In this document: one piece after another, positions 1-14,068 of the stretch
Layout of the letters: the number at the start of each line of letters is the position of its first letter
How positions within the stretch are numbered: the stretch's first letter is position 1
Origin: Vicugna vicugna
Taxonomy: Eukaryota
Direction: 5' to 3'
Assembly (NCBI GenBank): GCA_013265495.1
Contig: MU057416.1
Span: 180,545 to 244,544 of the forward strand
DNA: 64,000 nt
Notes under the pieces: generated by a model
Told to the model about the DNA's origin: nothing
Databases searched by the model: none
Seen by the model: the letters and a program-made list of their open reading frames with translations, nothing else
Made by a program: the position numbers and the translations under genes

Positions 1-671
1 AGATGCTTGGCAAAGTTTTAAATCTTATTTGTGTAATCCCATGAAATCACAACACACAGGTCCTTACCATTGAAACATGATTCCACATCTCATCTCTTCC
101 TTTGAGAGAGTCTGAGAAGACAGTTTAAGGCTGTGTGAGAGAGGAATAAACCCTTCTAGATCTTTGAAATCTTTTAACTTTGTTTCTCCTATTTAGGGAT
201 TTTCCGATTACTCTGGATCCTACTTCTTAAATAGTTTATAGATCCACCCACATCACAGCTCCTGGCTAGAGTTGTACTGTTTCTTACTGTAACGAGAGCC
301 TGTAATCTCGTCTCCCTTCAGTCCCTACCAGGATAATCTTCGTAAAAGGCACACGCACCTTTGCACACGCCTCCTTCCTCGGCTCCCTGTGGGATAGAGA
401 GCATCCTGTCCTGGGATTTTGATCTCAAGAGTGTTTTGACTCAACATTTATGAAAATAAACATTTAACTAGAATATCTCAACATTCATGAATTTTCCTTG
501 AAAATAGATTTCACACAAAACCCTCCATTATACCAGTTTAATTCCCTGAGTATTTTAATGTATCCTGATTAAGTTATTACCAATTTTTATATCTTTATTT
601 TACTGAATTAAAGTTCAACAGCATCAATTTTCATTTAACTTTACAATTGCTGTTAAATTTATGAATCAATT

Positions 672-770
672 GACAGCTCAGTGGTACAGCTGTATGCTTA
701 GCATGCACGAGGTCCTGGGTTCATCCTCAGTGCCTCCACTAAAACAAAACAAAAATATATATATATATAT
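672..770 (+). mobile_element. Camelid tRNA-derived SINE (Vic-1-like), 5'-truncated, with 17-bp TSD
   Basis: AGCTCAGTGGT…GCTTAGCATGCACGAGGTCCTGGGTTCA head and A/AT tail. AAATTTATGAATCAATT duplicated at 655-671 and 771-787. Confidence 0.9.
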
Positions 771-3700
771 AAATTTATGAATCAATTATTTCCCACATCA
801 CATTTTATTGATTATAGTTTATGCCTGTGAGACTTTTCCTTTATGGTTATTATCTTTCAAAATGTGATTTTCCCTGCGAAACAATACAGATCTAAATTCC
901 CCAAGAAGGTTTAAATGTTTCTATTTAGCCAGAAACAACATTTCCTGTGTGCAGTTTTAGCCACTGTTGGCTTCTTTCTTTCTTTCTTTTTTGCATTTCA
1001 ATGTTACAAAAAATGTAATTTATGTAATACAATTTTTCACTTCTGTCAAATTTTAGATGGGGCAGTACTGGCCGTTCTTACATCTATTTTGCGTTGATAT
1101 TTCTATTGGTAACATCCATTTTGTGATTGTGAGCTCTTTCAGCAAGATTCCTTTTGAGATTTTGAGAGTCCGGGTTATTTCTCAGGGAGCCAAGGGACAC
1201 CTGAGAAATACTTATAGGACTGTGTATATAGTCTAGCATTGTTAGGTTTTAATTCTTATTCATTTGCATGACGTTCTTCTAATTAACTTACATACCTTGT
1301 GCCAACTTCTTACTAACTGGTGGAACAAAAAGTAAATAGAAAGATGAACACAGATTTGAAATGTTCTCAGTGTACAAGGGCAGGTGAGGTCACAATTAGT
1401 TGTCAGACCATCCTCCTTCAGTCTCTGCATTTAGGGAAAATGAAAGCAGTTACACGGCACACATGGTTCTAACTGAATCCCTCGAGATTTCTCCAGCTTT
1501 GTTCTGGGGTCACTTTGTGGCAAGTACTCCATACTCCTCTTGTAAATTTCATTTTCCCCAAAAATATGTTTTTCTGCTTCTAAACTGTTGACCACACTGT
1601 GTTTTCTTCCCTCCACAATTTTTTAACTGGGCAAATTATGATTGCTTCAATTCCACATATGAATATGTATGTGTATATATATTCAACATTTAGTTCAGAG
1701 GTCACCTCCTCTGGGCAGCCCTCCTGCACGCCTTCTGGTCCTCCACCCCTTTCGCACCTGGACGGGTGCTCTTCTGACTTGATGGTCCTGTGGCTGATGC
1801 ACTGGTGACCTCCTCACCTGGCTGTCTCTCACAGTGGCTGGTGAGCTCCTGTCGGTTTTCACTGGGCCTCTGCTGACGCCCCAGTGAGCTGATCGAATGC
1901 ATGGTCTGTCAGTGTAGCCCAATCCTGTACACAGAAACCACTTAATAACTCACTAAAAACAACTTTAGTGGTCCTTTTGTTGTTGCTGTGGCTTAAGTGA
2001 ATTTTTTATGGTAAAATTTCTACATGATAGAAAATTTCAGGGAATAGAAGAAAGAAAAAAAATGTGTAACATCTTTGCTAACATTTTATTTTATTTCTTG
2101 TCCCCTCTCTCTTTCTTTCTTTTGATCATACATTGTGTATCAAATTGCATGTCCCATTATTTTTTCCAAAGTAAACCATGATTATTTCAGGCAATTTGAG
2201 AAATACAGGAATAAGTACGTAGGAGAATAAAAATCTCACAGATTACCAGTACCCATCACCTAGAAACTTTCTGAGTACTTTATTTTACCGGGTTAGCTTA
2301 ATGTATTTTATTCACTTACTCATTCCATGAGCAGATGTTTTACGGGCGTTCTCCTGGCCCCGTGAGTTGGAAACACCGTACCCCGCGTCCTCCCTCGTGA
2401 AGCATATAATCTCAGCGTGGCAGGGGCTGCTGAGGGAGGGAGCGCGGTGAAGTCTTTCAAATTCGCCATAAGCTTCATCCTCAGAATGATAATAAACCTT
2501 GCAACAGATAACTATTTGTGCTCACAATCCTGTACAAATTATAAATTATTCCTCTAAAATCTACGTATAACCCACTACTCTATTCTGGCCAGACTCCACC
2601 CCGGGCCCCGCGCCAGCCAGACCGCTCTGGCAGGCGTTCGGTCATAGGAATACTGGAGTTGCCACCACGGAGCTCTGCAGGTGATTCTTAGACACTGAAT
2701 AAATGAAAGTGGTAGATGGGCCGAGGTCCCACCTGGTGTTGGTTAGCTTTTTCTTTTGTTGTTTCAGCTGCAAAGAAAAGGTTTACTTGGAGAGAATTTT
2801 ACGCAGACACAAGTACACACCGCACAAACAAATTCCTGTTTTTAGTGATCTTTCACAGTCATTTTCCGAGGTCCCCAGTTCATGAGGAGTGAGGGCTGGG
2901 GGGTGAGGGCTGAGAGTCCGTGCTGAGTCTCTCTGGTTCTGGCTCTATTTCTTCCCAGCCTTCCTAGCGGGCAGCTTAACAACCCGGTCACGGAGGCCAG
3001 GACGCCATGACGGTGGGCAGATCGCACCGAGACTGAGGGGCAGCTGGTGGTTTCGTAGAGGTCACTTGTGTGAAACATGCATTGATCCTCAACCACTTGA
3101 TTTAGCTGCCTGAGCGAACCATTGTTCCCTGAGCCATTTCCATATCTTTAGCAAGGCCTGAGACCATGTGTCTCTTTTAAAGCGCAAAAAGACATCTCTG
3201 ATTAAGTTGTCTTCACTGTGAACGCTGATGCCATGTTAACAGTGCAAAAGTGATGTGTTGCCATAACCTTGGGGAGGAGGTTGACAAAGCCCAGGGCCGA
3301 GTCTGCCTCAAGGTGAGTGATCAGATGGAAATCATGGATTTTCCCTGACCTAATTTGTTTTTGATATTACATAAAGTGAAAACCATTGAATAAGTTACCA
3401 AAGTATCTCAATTTTTTTTTGTTTTGTTTTTGAAACACAAGGGAAGTAACTTGACCTTTGTTAAAGGCTTTGATCATGGAAAATCTATGAGGTTCTCATC
3501 TTATTCCAGGAAGCGTAGACACCAGATCATCTTTTCACAGTCATCCAGAAGGCATAGTGAACCAATCAGGTAGACCGTTTTCTACTCCAGGAACACGATG
3601 GATATAACTTAAGGGAAAGTAAAGGAACAATGTTGATTGTTCGCTTGCTATAAAATACACGGGTTGCCAGTCAGGTAATTCAGGCCACGTGTTCCACACA

Positions 3701-4169
3701 GACTTCTTAGACTTGGGTTTCCAAGCCTGCTTTTTGTTTCTAAACTAAGATTGTAGCTTATGCCTAATACACACTGTCTTCCTACTTTTTACCAATTCAT
3801 TTTAAAAATTTTTTGAGTTGACTTATTGATACTTCAGGCATGATCAAGGTATCCAATGGCTAAGAAAAAATAAATAAAGCAGAGACCCCAGGGCAGAGTT
3901 TTGACTCTGAGAGGAAGTGATGGTACGAGGGAGGGAGGTGAGGAGAAGAAAAGGGTCAGGGGACGGATGAAAATGATGTCAAGAGACGACGCCAGGAACG
4001 CTGAACACAGACGAGCTCTGCTTTGAAAGCGCTTGAGAAATTAGTCTTTGGAATCTTGGCCAGACTCCCTTCCGAGCTTTCCAATTAGGGAACATTCAGA
4101 GAATGACCTTTTGAATCCCTGGCTTCGTTATCTGTACAATGGGAGTAACAGTGGTCGTGTTAAATGAGC

Positions 4170-5260
4170 AGATTTACTCATTGCTCCCCCTGTTCCTCGA
4201 GCCCCTGCTCCTCTAAGTGCTGACACAGTGGTGCAGACGCCAGGAGAGATGCCGGCTTCCATGCAGCTTCCCTCCTAGCGAGAGAGAGAGAGAAGAAACC
4301 CAGATCAGTAACTGAGGAAGTTCCGGATGTCGGCAGGTGCCGTGGAATGAAACAGTGTGATTGGATAGAGACCAGCCAGGCTGGGTGGAGGGCTGCTTAG
4401 ACGGAGTGGTCAGGGAAGACCTCTTTGGAGAAGGGTCATTAAGCGACCGGTTGGCTGACAGGAGTGTAAAGTTTCATGTGAGCGTCTTCACTGGCAGGTG
4501 CAGCGGTCCTTAGGAAAAAGCAAAAGTATTGGCGGGTTCAAGGCACAGAGGGGAGGAACGGTGCTTGCAACATGGCGGGTGGAGGCTGAGTGGCGAGCGG
4601 GGAAGCAGGGACACAGCCAGGAAAGGCAGGTCCCGCAGGGCCTGCTGGGGATGGAGAGAGCTTGGAGTCACCCTGAGTGGGAGAGGGAGAAGCCGCTTGG
4701 CATTTTTAAGCACAGGATGACCTAATGTCTTCTATGCGTGAAGAGACTGCTCTGGCTGGTGTGAGGAGGGCAGACTGGAAGAGAGACAAAGCTTGGGGAC
4801 CAGTTAGAAGCCAGCTGAGTTGGTGGAAGGGAGAAAGGGGTGGTAATCTGGACCAAATGTTGACAGTAAAAGAAAGGGCAGACGCACAGGAGCTGGAGAA
4901 GTGGCTGCCGGAGGAGAAGCAGGAAGTTGTACAGAGTGACTTGGACAATCAAGGGTCTGTTTTGTGCATGTTAATGCTTGAATTCTCATTAGACCTCCAC
5001 CTAGGAGTCTCTAGAACTCAGCTGGAGTTGAGTGTGGGGCTCATTAGGTCTTGACTGGAGCCATGACTTTGGGAGTCACCATGTACAGAGGGGTTTAAAG
5101 CCAAGGGATAAATGTGACCAAATTGGAAGAACGTTCAGATGGAGAAGTACCGAGAACCCACTCCTAAGCCCTGAGACATGTCCTATTTGAAGGGGCTGGA
5201 AGGAGGGCGTAGGAAAAGACAGAGAGAGGGCATAGCCAGTGAGGAAAAGGAGAATGTGTC
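4170..5260 (-). mobile_element. L2 LINE remnant
   Basis: Purine-rich antisense L2 3' pattern (GTGGTCAGGGAAGACCTCT…GAGTGGGAGAGGGAGAAGCC…TTTGGGAGTCACCA). Boundaries approximate. Confidence 0.7.
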
Positions 5261-8200
5261 TCTGTTGTGGTGTTTTGCTTAAGCTGAAAAAGGGGCACGT
5301 CGAATGTTCTGGCAGTTTGCTGCAATCTCGATAATGAAATTGTGCTGAAAAGGCTCAGCAGGGGGGAAAGTTGTGCAGCTCACTTTCTCTCCTGGCCCTG
5401 CTGCATTTTCACACGGAGATAAAGCCGAGTGTAAGCACACCTGGTACATCCCACGTGTGTGCAAGGCGGGGCAGGTAGAGCGGAGGAGGGAGGGGGAGCA
5501 GGAGGACCAGCTTATTGCAAGCAGTACCCTAGCCTGTGGGAGACGGATAACCGTGCGTGTGGCTCTGCCCTCAGTGAATCAGAAAGCAGAGCTGCTGTCA
5601 TGCAGAAAAGCTATCTGGTTGTAAGTTGGAGGGAGAGAAAAAAAATCCATTTTCAGATGCGTCAGCTCAATTACAAAGCAAATATCCCTTTATTTGCCGT
5701 TGTTCCAAGGATAAATGTTAGCATGAAGGAGATGACTTTCCATCAAAGTAAGAGGACCCGCATCCTCTCCACATGATGAGCTGCGATGCCCGCTTGCTCC
5801 CTGGTAACTAGAAAACCGATGGGACCCACAAGTCCATCCGCAGGGTCAAGAGAGAGAGGTTCTCACTCAGAGGAAGATCATTCTCAGGGTGACCCACAGC
5901 GGAAAATCGCCAAAGCCTTTGAAATACAAGACTACGCCTGTTCTGGGATGAGAAGGTGGTGCTGTGCCGAGGGCGGCTGGCAGGCAGGGCGGGGGCTGCG
6001 GGGCGTGGCTGGTGAGAGAGCAGAGGCCGGGACCTCAGTCAGCTGGGGAGCAAATCAGATGCAACCAAGGAGAACTTCAAAGACGGGCAAACACCAGTAA
6101 AAATGCCTCTAGCTGTCAAACGTGGAAACGGTGCCAATTTTCTTGCGTTCTATGTTTCAGGAGCATTGCACGACTAAAGATGTGTTCTGTTCTCATCAAT
6201 TTAACTATACACATTTCCCCCATCTATCTTAGTTAGGCAATTTTCAAAACAACAACAATAAAAATGCACTGTGCTTGAGGGGTCCAGGATGACCTTTCCG
6301 TTAGCCTTCATAGAATGCCTTCTCTTACACTAAATTTTAATATTTACATTTCCAAGGACGGGGTGATTGCAGGAAATGAGTAGGAAAGCACTTCACAAAG
6401 TGTAATGGAATGCAGTCAGATCAGGGATCCTTCACGCAAGCATTTGGAAAACCACAAAGGAGCCCCAGCTCTGCTGTTGCTGTTATCGCTAGCTTCTCCT
6501 TGAAGAACTGGAAGAAAAGTTGAAATCTCGATTTAAAAAACAAGACATGGTGTGCATATTAATCTTTGAATCAAAATGTACAAATAAGGAATGTTCAGCC
6601 ACTGCCAGCGTGGACTCCTGTTTTGTAATTAAACTATTCTAGAAACATCTGTATTTGCCAAAAAGCAATGGGCGAAAGAAAAGAAAAAAAAATCAGTGCA
6701 GCCCACTAAGCCGTGCTTTTGTGGAGTCTTCGCTCTGGTATCTGTTTTATCAGTTTATGAAAAGAACATGCTTGTCATAGACCTATCTTTTTGCTAAAAG
6801 AGTAGAGATTTATATTTTAAATCCAAGGCTTTGCATAATGTTGTCTCTGAAAAAAATTCATGTGCCTTTTACTTTAATTCACCCTTTATTCCATTCCTTA
6901 TTTAATGTAGAAAATAGTTCTACGAGGCTTCTAAAACAAGTGTAAGATGGAATTCATTTAAAAATCGACGCTGGCTTTCCTCGCCCAGGAACTTTCTCAG
7001 AAGCAGCACTTCTGAAGGGTATCAGACACCATAACTCGCCTTTCACTCCAGGCTTCCATTTCACGGGCTGAACATCTGGATCTGATGGGCGAGAAAACAC
7101 TTCCTTCCGCTGACTTTCCTAATCGTCCTTTCTTGCAGATACACGTGCTTCACGTTTGCTGATAAAGTTGACATGGTTTTCGTATCTGCTGTTTTAACAC
7201 ACAGTGCATTATAGAATCTTCAATGGCTCTTTTTTTATTAAATACATTTTAAGTTCCTTATGAAAGCAATAGTAAGAGCCACTCTGAAAGGGATTAGGGC
7301 CACAGATGTTTCCCTGGGGAGTGTTAATGGATTTAAGATCCATCAAAATGTTAAAAAGTCCAGAGGTTAACGATAATGATGGCACCTGGGCGAGATTAAA
7401 ATTCTTTTTCTGCAAAAAAAAAAAAAAAAAAAGCTAGCTTATTTTCTTCTGATTAAAAAAAATAGCTTGTGGAATGAAACAACCATCTGACCTCTAAAAT
7501 TTCTCATACTGGTTTTATAATGAAAGAGGATTTAAGATTAGAACTTAGGGGTTGCCTGGTACCCCCCAAATTTATATACATTTTCTCTTTTCAGCTATTG
7601 CTCTTTTTTACAATGGTAGCCATTAATCTACTGAACTTTTTATTCTTCAAAATACAGCACATAACCAGCAACTTTGGTCCCTCTCTCCTGCTAAATGTAT
7701 GAGTGTGGAGATGAAAATCAGTCAAACACTGGTTAATTTTTCTTATCTATAATATTAAAATTACCAAGAACAAATTATAGACCCACGAATGCTTTGGAGA
7801 ACTTTTCATCTCAGGAAATACATCAATGGCCTGCATCTGTCAAACAAATTCAATTAATTCAGTAACAACACCTTGCTGCTTATGTCATTCATTTTCTTTT
7901 GTTTTTATTTTCCTTATGTTGCATGTATGTAGTCAAAATAAGTTACTATGTCAGGATATAAAAGGACCAGGAGAACTTGTCTTCCTATTAAAATCATGGA
8001 CAAGGAGGATGCCTTCTATTCCTGTCACTTTGTTTTGAGATAGTGCCTTTGAATTTTATTATGCTCTTTGCTGTTTCCTGAGAGTCAAATATTGGTCAAG
8101 ACACTGTTCTGTGTTGAACTGGCAGCAATATTTCCTGCTCCTTTCCGGGCTGGGATTCCTAGAGGAGCTTAAGAAGAAAGAGAAAGGGAGTTTGGGAATA

Positions 8201-8589
8201 TGGAGGCTATTCTAAGTGTAAGGCATTGTTATTTACACACTGATAAAATTTTAAAGGAATGATAAGACTTTCCAAATCATCCGTGTTAACTCCTCTATTT
8301 CACATGGGAAAAAACTGAAACTCAAGAACATTTAGTGATTTGTCCTATGTTTTACCAAAAATGAGGGGTCTTGGTCCAGAGCTCCTCCTGGACCACATCA
8401 CGAGGTCCTTAGCCATTTGCCTGACAGAACGGAATGAGTATCAGATTAGACGTTCCAGGACAAGTTTTGAATCTTGACTTAATCACCAGTTCCTTGGCTC
8501 TAGGCTGAGACTCTGAGGTGTGGTGTTGGGTAAGTCACTTGACTTCTTCAAGCCTCAGTTCCCTTTTCAGTGAAATGAACTGCCCATTT

Positions 8590-8822
8590 ACTTCCCCAGC
8601 CTGGGCATGATTGAGGTTTGGGGCGGGAGAACTGGGTGGTCCTGTGCCCTGCACCATGTTTAGCAGCACCCTTGGCGTTCACAAACCAGACGCAGTCATG
8701 CCCCTTCCCCACCCCTCCTCCCTGGCCAGTTCATGACAACTTAAAATGCCTTTCGGCACTGCCAAATGTCCCTTGAGGGCAAAATTGCCAGCTCTCACCA
8801 CCTTCCTTGAGAAGTTGCGGTT
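8590..8822. mobile_element. MER20 (hAT-Charlie) DNA transposon relic
   Basis: ATGTTTAGCAGCACCCTTGGC…TGACAACTTAAAATG…CACTGCCAAATGTCCCTTGAGGGCAAAATTGCC…TTGAGAA matches the recalled MER20 consensus. Confidence 0.8.
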
Positions 8823-10444
8823 TAGTTGAAATCATCTCTTTGGGACTCACCCAGCACTGACGTTGTGCAATTCTGGACATGTGGCTAATTCTTGGATGCT
8901 GCTTCACCAGGAAAGACTCATAGAGCGTTATTCACCAGGAAGTTTGCTGGGTACAGTTTACAGTGACCAAAAGGGACATATATTTTTTAGCAACTTAAAA
9001 TATTCAGAAATACTCGCAGGTGAGAATCTTATCATAGCAATGAGATCTGAGGTATTGGAAAGGTTTAAGAAGGCTTAACGAACAATGCAAAAGTTTCTTC
9101 AGCAGACGTGGCATAATGTTCTTTTCATGTAAAAATTATCTGTGCTTTTACCAGGTGTCCAAAGGGCACAACAAGTCGGTCATTATTTCATAGATTAATA
9201 GGGACCCACGCTCAGTCATAGATGTCCACCAGCCAGGTTCCTTCCTAAAATCACTTAGACCACGTAGGGCAGTTGTTTCTGGTAAGATCTGTGAGAACAA
9301 ACATTAAGTGTTTCACAGGGAAAAGGGTCACAGACGGAGTTTCATCTTTTGCGCAGGGAAGAAGGAGATACCTCTTATCCTCAGGTTTTTAATGGAAGGA
9401 TATGGTTGCTTCCCTTTCTTTGCCTCCTCCATCCTCATCCCACCCCCCACCCCCCCCGAATCCAGACACCTGCCAGAACAACATGAGCATCTGATTCAGA
9501 GCAGCGCATGTGCAGTCACTGCTAAGGGGCATCGGACCCTTGTTCAGCACCGGGTGCTCGTCTGAGGGCCCCCCCACCTCACCGCTGCACTCCCCGGGGT
9601 CACTTTGTTGGCCATTCATTGCCGCCAAGTTTCCTGACTTATACCAACTGTTTTGCAAGAAATGCGCATCGTGGTGGTGGGGGGGGCAGGTTCACAGGGA
9701 AAGTTTAGGTGCTGTGAAGTAGGAGCTGAGAGCTCGGATGGATTGGTGATGCTGTGCCAGATGGAGATAAAAATTGAGGCAGCCACATCCTGTGACTAAA
9801 AATTGTTTAAGTAGACAGACTTCTGTCGAGAAGGAACAGCAAAATGCACAAAACAAGGAGATGCAATTAGAGGGGGAAAACCAATTTTGTTTAAATTGTG
9901 TCTTCTGTTTATAGAGCATTTTAAATGCAGCCTATGTTGGCATTGAGATCGTTTTGCACCTACTGTATACAGCTATATGAATATCCAGAATCAAGATTTT
10001 GATCTCTCTTTTTCCAGGGAAGCAAAGTTTGGGCTGATAACCAAAACATTTGGTTATTAGAACAGAGAAAAATTACGTGGATTGTATTCCTCATCATAGT
10101 GTTGACAATCAGTTTTCCAGAAAATTAAGTTTTTCCAAGTCTACTAATGGAGGAAGAAACTTTTCCTGATACTGAATATTCTCACAGACTGCTGGTTCCT
10201 CAGTTGTCTCATTTTTTTTCCATTAAAGAAATTCAACTTTTATAAGTTGTACTATTTTCTGTTTAGGTTGGAGTCAAATAAGCGAGATTTTATTTCTCCC
10301 TAGGTTAAAATTTAAAAAATTAAAATAAAAAAAATAAAAATAGATTCACTATAGATATTTACCCCCAATCCCAAACATATCTGAATGACGTATACCCAGT
10401 TTTGTGGGTTAAAAAAATCAATTGTCATTTAAGAAAAATAAGCA

Positions 10445-10505
10445 ATGTTTTCGTTTTCAACTGTCTTGCTACTTCCGGGTTCTGACTGAGTCCGGAAGCA
10501 GAAGT
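10445..10505. promoter_or_regulatory. Candidate intronic enhancer (ISRE/IRF plus inverted pair of ETS sites)
   Basis: GTTTTCGTTTTC (10447-10458), ACTTCCGG (10471-10478), CCGGAAGC (10492-10499). Motif evidence only. Confidence 0.4.
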
Positions 10506-11170
10506 TGCAAAACATTGTGAGAAAACTTTTGCTCTGTGTTTTTTTTTTTTTTTTTTCAAATCTCCAGTCAAATGGAAATACCAGAAGTCTGAGAGGAAAG
10601 TCCGTTCTTGCTACATGCCCGTTTCAGCTCTGCCTGTCCGCGGCAGGGCCTTGGTCACCCTCCACCCCTTCAGTATTGCACGCTGTCACCTCCCTGCCCT
10701 CATCCGGAACGCGTTCTGGTCGGTCTCTTGTTGCCACTGGCTCCCTCCGTGCTCCATAAAAATATGCATTGGTAGCATCTCTTCCACAATTATCCAGAAA
10801 TAGTCTTATTATGTTTAGATACTTGATGAATGCGTTACACTAAACTGTATCCAGGTAACCAGCCTGTGGGGAAGCCCAGTTTTCTCACTTTTAGGGAAGA
10901 GGTTGATAAGCATGTGGATTTCAGCCACCCCACGTGCCGGGGCCCGTCCTTCTGACCCCTGTCTCACTTCAGTGCCTCTCCTCACCTACTTTTTACCTTC
11001 TCCCTTCAATACTGTAGGTCCCCTAAGGAGGGACTTCTCCTTACGTGTATCCTCAGTGCCCAGCATTAGAGAACTGCTTTCAAACATACATTTGTCGAAA
11101 TCGCAGCAAATGAATGAACTCATGAACCCTTACAACTCTTCGAGGTAACTTGTTATCATGGGAATATTTT

Positions 11171-11306
11171 ATTTTCTTTCTATTTTTTTCTTTTGTGGCA
11201 AGATAGTTAGGTTTATCTATTTATTACTTAATGGAGGTGCTGGGGATTGAACCCAGGACCTCGTGCGTGCTGAGTACATGCTCTACCACTGACCTGGACC
11301 CTCCCC
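11171..11306 (-). mobile_element. Vic-1-like SINE
   Basis: Reverse complement of the same tRNA-like head (GGGGATTGAACCCAGGACCTCGTGC…CTCTACCACTGA…CCCTCCCC) with a T-rich tail. Confidence 0.88.
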
Positions 11307-11762
11307 TGTGAACATTTCAGACTGTTTTGTGTAGAGACACTGACACTGAGGACTGATATCCTGATAGGAACACGGCGACTACTGAGCTTGTGTATTATCT
11401 TATTCTGTTATTTTCTTATATCAGGAGGGGATGAAATATGGCAGTGTGTACTTTGAATAACTGTACCCATGAAAAAAACCACAATACATGGACGCCTTAC
11501 ATCCCAAGACAGAATGACGTGCAGACCCCGGAATGTTTACCGTGACTGACCAATCCCCAGTATATGAGAAAAATATTTCTTCCACACGAAGTGGTTCATA
11601 TCCTTTGGCTTTATCTCTTACAGATTAAAGTAGCAAGTTTTCTGTGCTTCTTCCACCCTTTCCTGTCCCTCTCACCACCCTCCACCCGCCCGCCCCCAAA
11701 AAACAATGCTTTAACACTTTACTATCTGTTACCTGGGGATGCTAAATAAAACATATCCATCT

Positions 11763-11800
11763 CACACATACACAAGCACACACACACACACACACACACA
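11763..11800. repeat. (CA)n microsatellite
   Basis: CACACATACACAAGCACACACACACACACACACACACA. Confidence 0.95.
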
Positions 11801-12258
11801 TGGCCAGACTGCCCTGATGCAAGCTTCTAGAAAGTTGTGATAATTCAGGCCCCCTGCAGAGATGTTAGAGACCGCGGCAGAGTTGTCTGGAAGTTTTTCA
11901 TACTAATCAGAAAAGAAACCCAGCTCTCTCTTCCCTTTGGAGTAAAAGTCTCTCAAAGGAAAAGTGTTTTTTTCACTCTAACCATTTGAGAAGTTCGAGT
12001 CAAAGAACCAATGTGGTCCTACCTTACAGGGAAATTTCTGCCCTGGTAGAGAGTGTTCTGCCTTCACAGTGATAAGTGAGAACAATGATATTCTTCCCAG
12101 ACAAGAGCTGACAACATAACATTTTTTTACAAGTCTTAATGGTGAACTGAAAATAAAGGACCAAGTTATTTCAAGTAAAATATACACATTTGGAGAGGTG
12201 AGATTGTATTTTCTTAAGGTTAGAAACTCAGAGGCAGATTAATATGGACCAGTGGACA

Positions 12259-12566
12259 ACTGACTTCACTTAGTGTGATCTCTCTAAGTCCATCCATGCT
12301 GCTGCAAATGGCATTATTTCATTTTTTATGGCTGAGTAGTTTTCCATTGTATAGATATACCACATCTTCTTTATCCAGTCATCTGTCGATGGACATTCAG
12401 GTTACTTTCATTTCTTGGCCATTGTAAATAGTGCTGCTATGAACATAACCTATAATACAGAAGAATATGAAAAATATATATATACTTATGTGTAGTTGAA
12501 TCACTATTCTGTACACCAGAAATTAGCACAACATTGTAAACCAAATGCACTTCAACTGGAAAAAAA
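12259..12566 (+). mobile_element. 5'-inverted (twin-primed) truncated L1 insertion
   Basis: Antisense L1 segment (about 12259-12446) joined directly to a sense L1 3' end with A tail (about 12445-12566). TGGACCAGT occurs on both flanks. Confidence 0.8.
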
Positions 12567-14068
12567 GGTGGACCAGTACAGACCTCTGGGCCTACGGCTG
12601 GTCCACACAAGTCCTCCATCTCTGAGAAGGAAGTACCAGTGTCCTCATACTTTGACCTCTGCTTTCTTGTCTCGTCTGTCATCACGAGATACGTACCATA
12701 TCAGAGCCATCATTTGCTCACATTTCCTACAAATCCTCAACAAATGTACATGTCACTCCATGTCAGGGGACAGAAGACACAGCAGTGACGGGAGATGGGT
12801 GGCCTCCCCCCACAGAGGCTTCCTGTGTGCTGCGCGGTGGAGGCGCAGAGGCACCCCTTGCTTACTCTGAGACCAGACAGGTGCTGTCTGAGGATGCACA
12901 CGGGCAGTGGGTACCTGATGACCAAGCCCATTTGGTCCTGAAGGATTTTTTCATTTAATTTTTCCTGTGGAACTAGTTTATTAATTTGCTGTCAAAGGAG
13001 AACATTTGGGCAGCTTTTCTTTAACATGCATATAATTATGCAGAAACCCTTGTCCATAAGTATACGATCAGTTCTTCAAGACAAAGTTCGCGACCTGGAA
13101 TTTCTGTGTCAAGGGCCAGGGAGGTGTTCAGTCTCTTCAAGCATATTAGCAACTTCGCTTTTCAGGCAGAGTTTCTTCCCCAGGCTCCTCCTGGCGACGT
13201 GTACATGTTTCCTTTCACAGACGTTTGCCGGAGTTTATTTGTGTCATTTTCAAACGTGTTAATTTTATAGGTGCAACTGGTATTCCTTAAAATGTCTATT
13301 TTGCATTGGGTTTGATTTTTATTGTGTTTTTTTTTATTTGCTTATCATCATTTGCATTTCCTTCCTGGGAACTGCATTCATGTGGTTTGCACATGTGTCT
13401 TTGGTGCAGCTGTGTCTAAATTTTGATATAAAGTTGCATGGAAGAGGACAGAAATATACGTATATGTATTTTCGCAGCTGATTCAAATGTTAGAACCAGG
13501 ACCCAGGTCATCAGCTGCGACTTAGTCTAGAGGAGAAACCATATGTGTTTGGATCAATTTTCCTCTTTGAAAAATTCTTAACAAGTAGTTGCTGGAACGT
13601 TCAGGGCAGACTTGCGCAGCCATCAAGGAAACCAGTCTCCATCCACGCAGGACCAGGTCCCTTAGGGAACGCAGGTGACTTTGGCAGTGAGCCCAGAGGC
13701 TCACGAGAGCCTTCTCAGGAACCTGCCGCACAGCGATCCAAAGTGCATTGGCCAAAACAAACAAGCAAAAAAACATCGTCCCTGGCTCTGGGACGCTTCA
13801 TTTGGCTTCACCTTCACACTCCCACCCATAGCCGCGTGCTACCTGCTGGCTCTCCCAGCAGCTTCGTGACAGCCGTGTTCCCCATAGCCTCCCTTTTCAT
13901 TTTCTCTCGCCAGGGCACTGCAGCATCTGAGCTGAGGGGCATCTCAGAGGCCACCAAGGGCAGCGCCCTCGCCCCTCTGGCCAGCACCCTCCCTGACTGA
14001 ATATTTTCTAAGACTACTGTTTTAAAAGGAAAGCCTTGTCGAGTGGTGAACAGCCCCAATTATTAAAA

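Noticed and set aside
672..740. tRNA-like A/B-box sequences (also at 11.2, 21.8, 26.4, 29.0, 38.6 and 42.9 kb)
   Set aside because: They are SINE heads with A-rich tails and TSDs, not intact tRNA genes.
7414..7432. Poly-A run as the tail of a possible processed pseudogene
   Set aside because: No upstream polyadenylation signal, coding remnant or TSD visible.
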